Positions 61,081-64,000 of a stretch of 64,000 nucleotides of DNA are shown here, piece after piece. Origin of the DNA: Octopus sinensis (Eukaryota). The translations under genes were made by a program, and so were the position numbers. The stretch covers positions 159,154,001 through 159,218,000 of the forward strand of contig NC_042997.1 in the NCBI RefSeq assembly GCF_006345805.1, in the 5' to 3' direction. The first letter of the stretch is position 1. Each line of letters opens with the position of its first letter. The notes under the pieces are model-generated. The model did no database searches. It was not told the origin of the DNA and saw only the letters and a program-made list of their open reading frames with translations.

Positions 61081-61889
61081 ACACAGAAATATTAGTTTCA
61101 TGGACTCACCATCAATGCTGGAACTCCAGACAAACTGCCTCTTTCATATGAATAATTTGTATCCATTGTCTGTAAAATAATATTTAAGGTAAGAAATAAA
61201 AATAAATTGTCAATAAAAGGAATGTATTTCAACATAAAAATTCAAATGATAATCTTAAAGAGAGAAAAATAAAACATTTTTTATGTGACAAATCTTATAG
61301 AATAAATAAATAAATAAACAAAACATTCATATTTAACAAAAGAATACATTATTGAAAGATTATTCCAATAAAAAGTAAAGATTATTATTTCTATTTATAT
61401 TTTTATTCAAATAGAATATTACATAATAACACCTAGCAATCATCAGATCAAAATATTAAGGTACCAATTCAAAAATTTAAGCTTTATCTTCAAAATGTTT
61501 AAATTATTAAATGTAAAGTGCTTTGAACAAAATTTCTAATTTATTTAAAGAGGGTCTGTAATGACATCTGACATATTAATGGAGTAAAGCAGAATTTACC
61601 CAAGTAAGCATTTTCATCCAGTATTATAAATATTACTCAACAAGTGTCTTTACAAACATAAATATACCTCAATGAGCAGTGGCTAAGGATACCAAGCTTA
61701 AATATTAAGAAATTTCAGTCAATGTAGTCAAAAACTTTTAAATGTTTGCACTGCTCATCTGAATAATTAACCCTGTAAAAGTAAGAATATGAAATGCTAA
61801 CATGAAATTAAGAACATTTAAATTTAATCAAAATGAACCATCAATTTTTTTTTTTTTTTACATATCTTAAAAAACAATCTGTCCATGAA

Positions 61890-63200
61890 AAATCACATTT
61901 GCAATCCAACTCTTTCAAAATATAATTATATGATGTACAAAAGGTTCTTGAAAAAGACCAGATTAGTAAAATGCTGAAAAGGGAAAATATCTGGAATTTG
62001 AATCTTGAGGATGCATTTCTCCGAGCAGATAATGTACTTTTGAGAATGATTCTAGTTGGATAGGAACATGAACAAACCTCCTTTTTCATCAAAACAAAAT
62101 TTCTTTGTAAATATGTAATTGAAACTGAAAACTCAAAGCAAATTAATTTGTTTTCTTTTTTCTTTAAATACAGAAAATGATAACTAAAAATTATTATTTA
62201 TGGAAAAAAAAAAATTATTATTTATGGAAAAAAAAATTTCTACGCATTGAAATAAGTCCAAGATTGGGTGTTAGATGTCTTCATCTAAAACTCATATAAA
62301 TGAATGACTACTTTCCCTAATTAAACTTCCATTATTTTATGCCAATATGGTTGAAATTATAATAATTATTTCAAAATCCCAAAGTTAATTTTATCTCAAA
62401 ATATCAGAGAAATGGCTCTTAATTTCATAAACAAAAACTTCTTAGCCGATAATTTGTATGAAGCAAATGAAGATGGAACAACAGTATTTGAATATTTTGC
62501 AAAGTTTCTAGTATTTGACTGGCCCAAGTTAAAATGCTGCTGAGATAGATTTTGCTTTTATTTCCCTTGAGGTTAATAAATACGAAATATAAAATGAAGA
62601 CCAAAATCAATTTAGAATGCCTCATCCTCTTCAAAGGGGCTTTGTGCCAAGAGAACAAGAAATCAATATCTGTAAGATGCCATCAGTTATTCTATATATT
62701 CATCTACCAAATTAGAAATTTGTTAAATTTAACAGAAGACAAGCAGAGAAACCCACAGAGAATTGCTGTCATTTTAGGAGCCGTTCAAGAGAAGATGGAC
62801 ATGTTTACATCATCTTGCAGTAGAACTCATATCCTCCCATGAGTCAAGAACTGACAATGGAAAATCTCCTTTACTGCATCTTTCCATGAACCACTACCTA
62901 AAAATGAAGTCTTCAATATACCCTCAATGTTGTAAGATGTTGTAGGACGATTGATAAATGACAAGCAACAGATTATATTGATTATTTGTGTGGAAAGCAC
63001 ATAGAATCAGGAAGATAAAAGACATTGCAATTATCAAATAAAGAAACTTAGGAAATATTTTAACACAAGCTTTTGAAAGATTTCCATTTACGTTTGGAAA
63101 AGCCAAACTGGCTTAACAGTATTTTATCATTTGAGAATTCAGATGGTTGCTCCTTATAGGGCCTTATGATGAAGGTATCTGAGGACTATCCCCATGACCT
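61890..63200 (+). pseudogene. Ancient pogo/Tigger-like transposase remnant
   Basis: Colinear weak motifs across frames: ISKMLKRENIW, REMALNF, I*NEDQNQFRMP (cf. IYNADETGLFWRM), FKGALCQENKKS (cf. FKGEKCxGGKKS), IQMVAPYRAL. Many stops. Confidence 0.4.
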
Positions 63201-64000
63201 TCTCAGGAATAGAGGATATTGAAAATGGATGGATGAATAGATAGATAGAAAGATGGAAGCATTTAGAATCTGACTATTAGAAATATTCTCTTTCCATAAT
63301 AGATAAAATGATGTAATAAAGTTATATATTTTGGTAGAAATTCAAATATTTCAATACTTAATTTTAAAATTTTAATTTCCACTGTTGATAACAGACACAG
63401 CTATAATTATTCTAACACAGGGATGAAGTCTGAAAGTTACAAGAAGGGAGTTAATCAATAACATCCACCCCAATACTTAACTGGTACTTTGGTTTATCAA
63501 CCATAAATGAATAAAAGGGAAAAAGAGCCCTTAGAAGGGCTCTTTGAACTCAGAAAGTAAAGAGCTGAAACAAATACTTAATGACTCAAACATCCACTGC
63601 TCTTTAGAGTGCCAGATTTGTGGTATTTAGTTTCAGCCTTTTAGGTTCCTTGTTCAAATTCTACCTAGGTCAAATTTACCTTTTCTTCTTACAAACTCAA
63701 TAAAATGAGGTACAGGGTTCAATATAAGCGACTGTTCTATTGAACAAAATTTTTTGCGTTGACCACCAGATAAGGGATCGTGGGACCCTATCAAAGGCTT
63801 TCTCCAAGTCAACAAAAGCCAAGACAGAGGTTTATCTTTGGCGAGATTATTTTCCTGTAGTTACCTTACCAGAAATATAGCATCAGTGGTGCTTCTGCCT
63901 GGCACAAAACCAAACTGCATCTCTTCTAGGCTAACTCTCTCCCTAATTAGTTGGGCTATGACCTTCTCTGTAACTTTCATCACTTGATACAATAATTTGA

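Overview
AT-rich eukaryotic genomic DNA, almost entirely non-coding. The repeat families (tRNA-headed CORE-type and Meta-domain-type SINEs, RTE-tailed SINEs, dense microsatellites) look like an octopus/coleoid cephalopod genome; this is inferred from recognition, not from a search. Only one exon is reasonably supported: a minus-strand terminal coding exon at 34988-35254. It is followed by a repeat-poor, UTR-like stretch of at least 13 kb. Its upstream exons were not found in the window and the gene is not identified. The rest is layered transposon debris: RTE, CR1, Tx1/L1 and Dong/R4 LINE fragments, hAT, Tc1/mariner, Tc2/pogo and piggyBac-type DNA elements, and several fold-back elements. The main discovery is a set of small non-coding retroelements from at least three unrelated families. 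Each carries a minimal type I hammerhead-ribozyme motif with a palindromic 4-nt stem III. The three palindromic insertions (two families) share a Penelope-like architecture: an inverted copy, a one-sided tail of about 30-60 nt, and an 11-15 bp target-site duplication. One family has a tRNA-derived Pol III head and forms a 500-bp head-to-head palindrome; a second copy is joined almost exactly at the predicted ribozyme cleavage site. Another family has the compensatory U3-A8 core variant. No rRNA, intact tRNA, CRISPR array or intact transposase ORF was seen. Nearly all entries in the ORF track are microsatellite or SINE noise.
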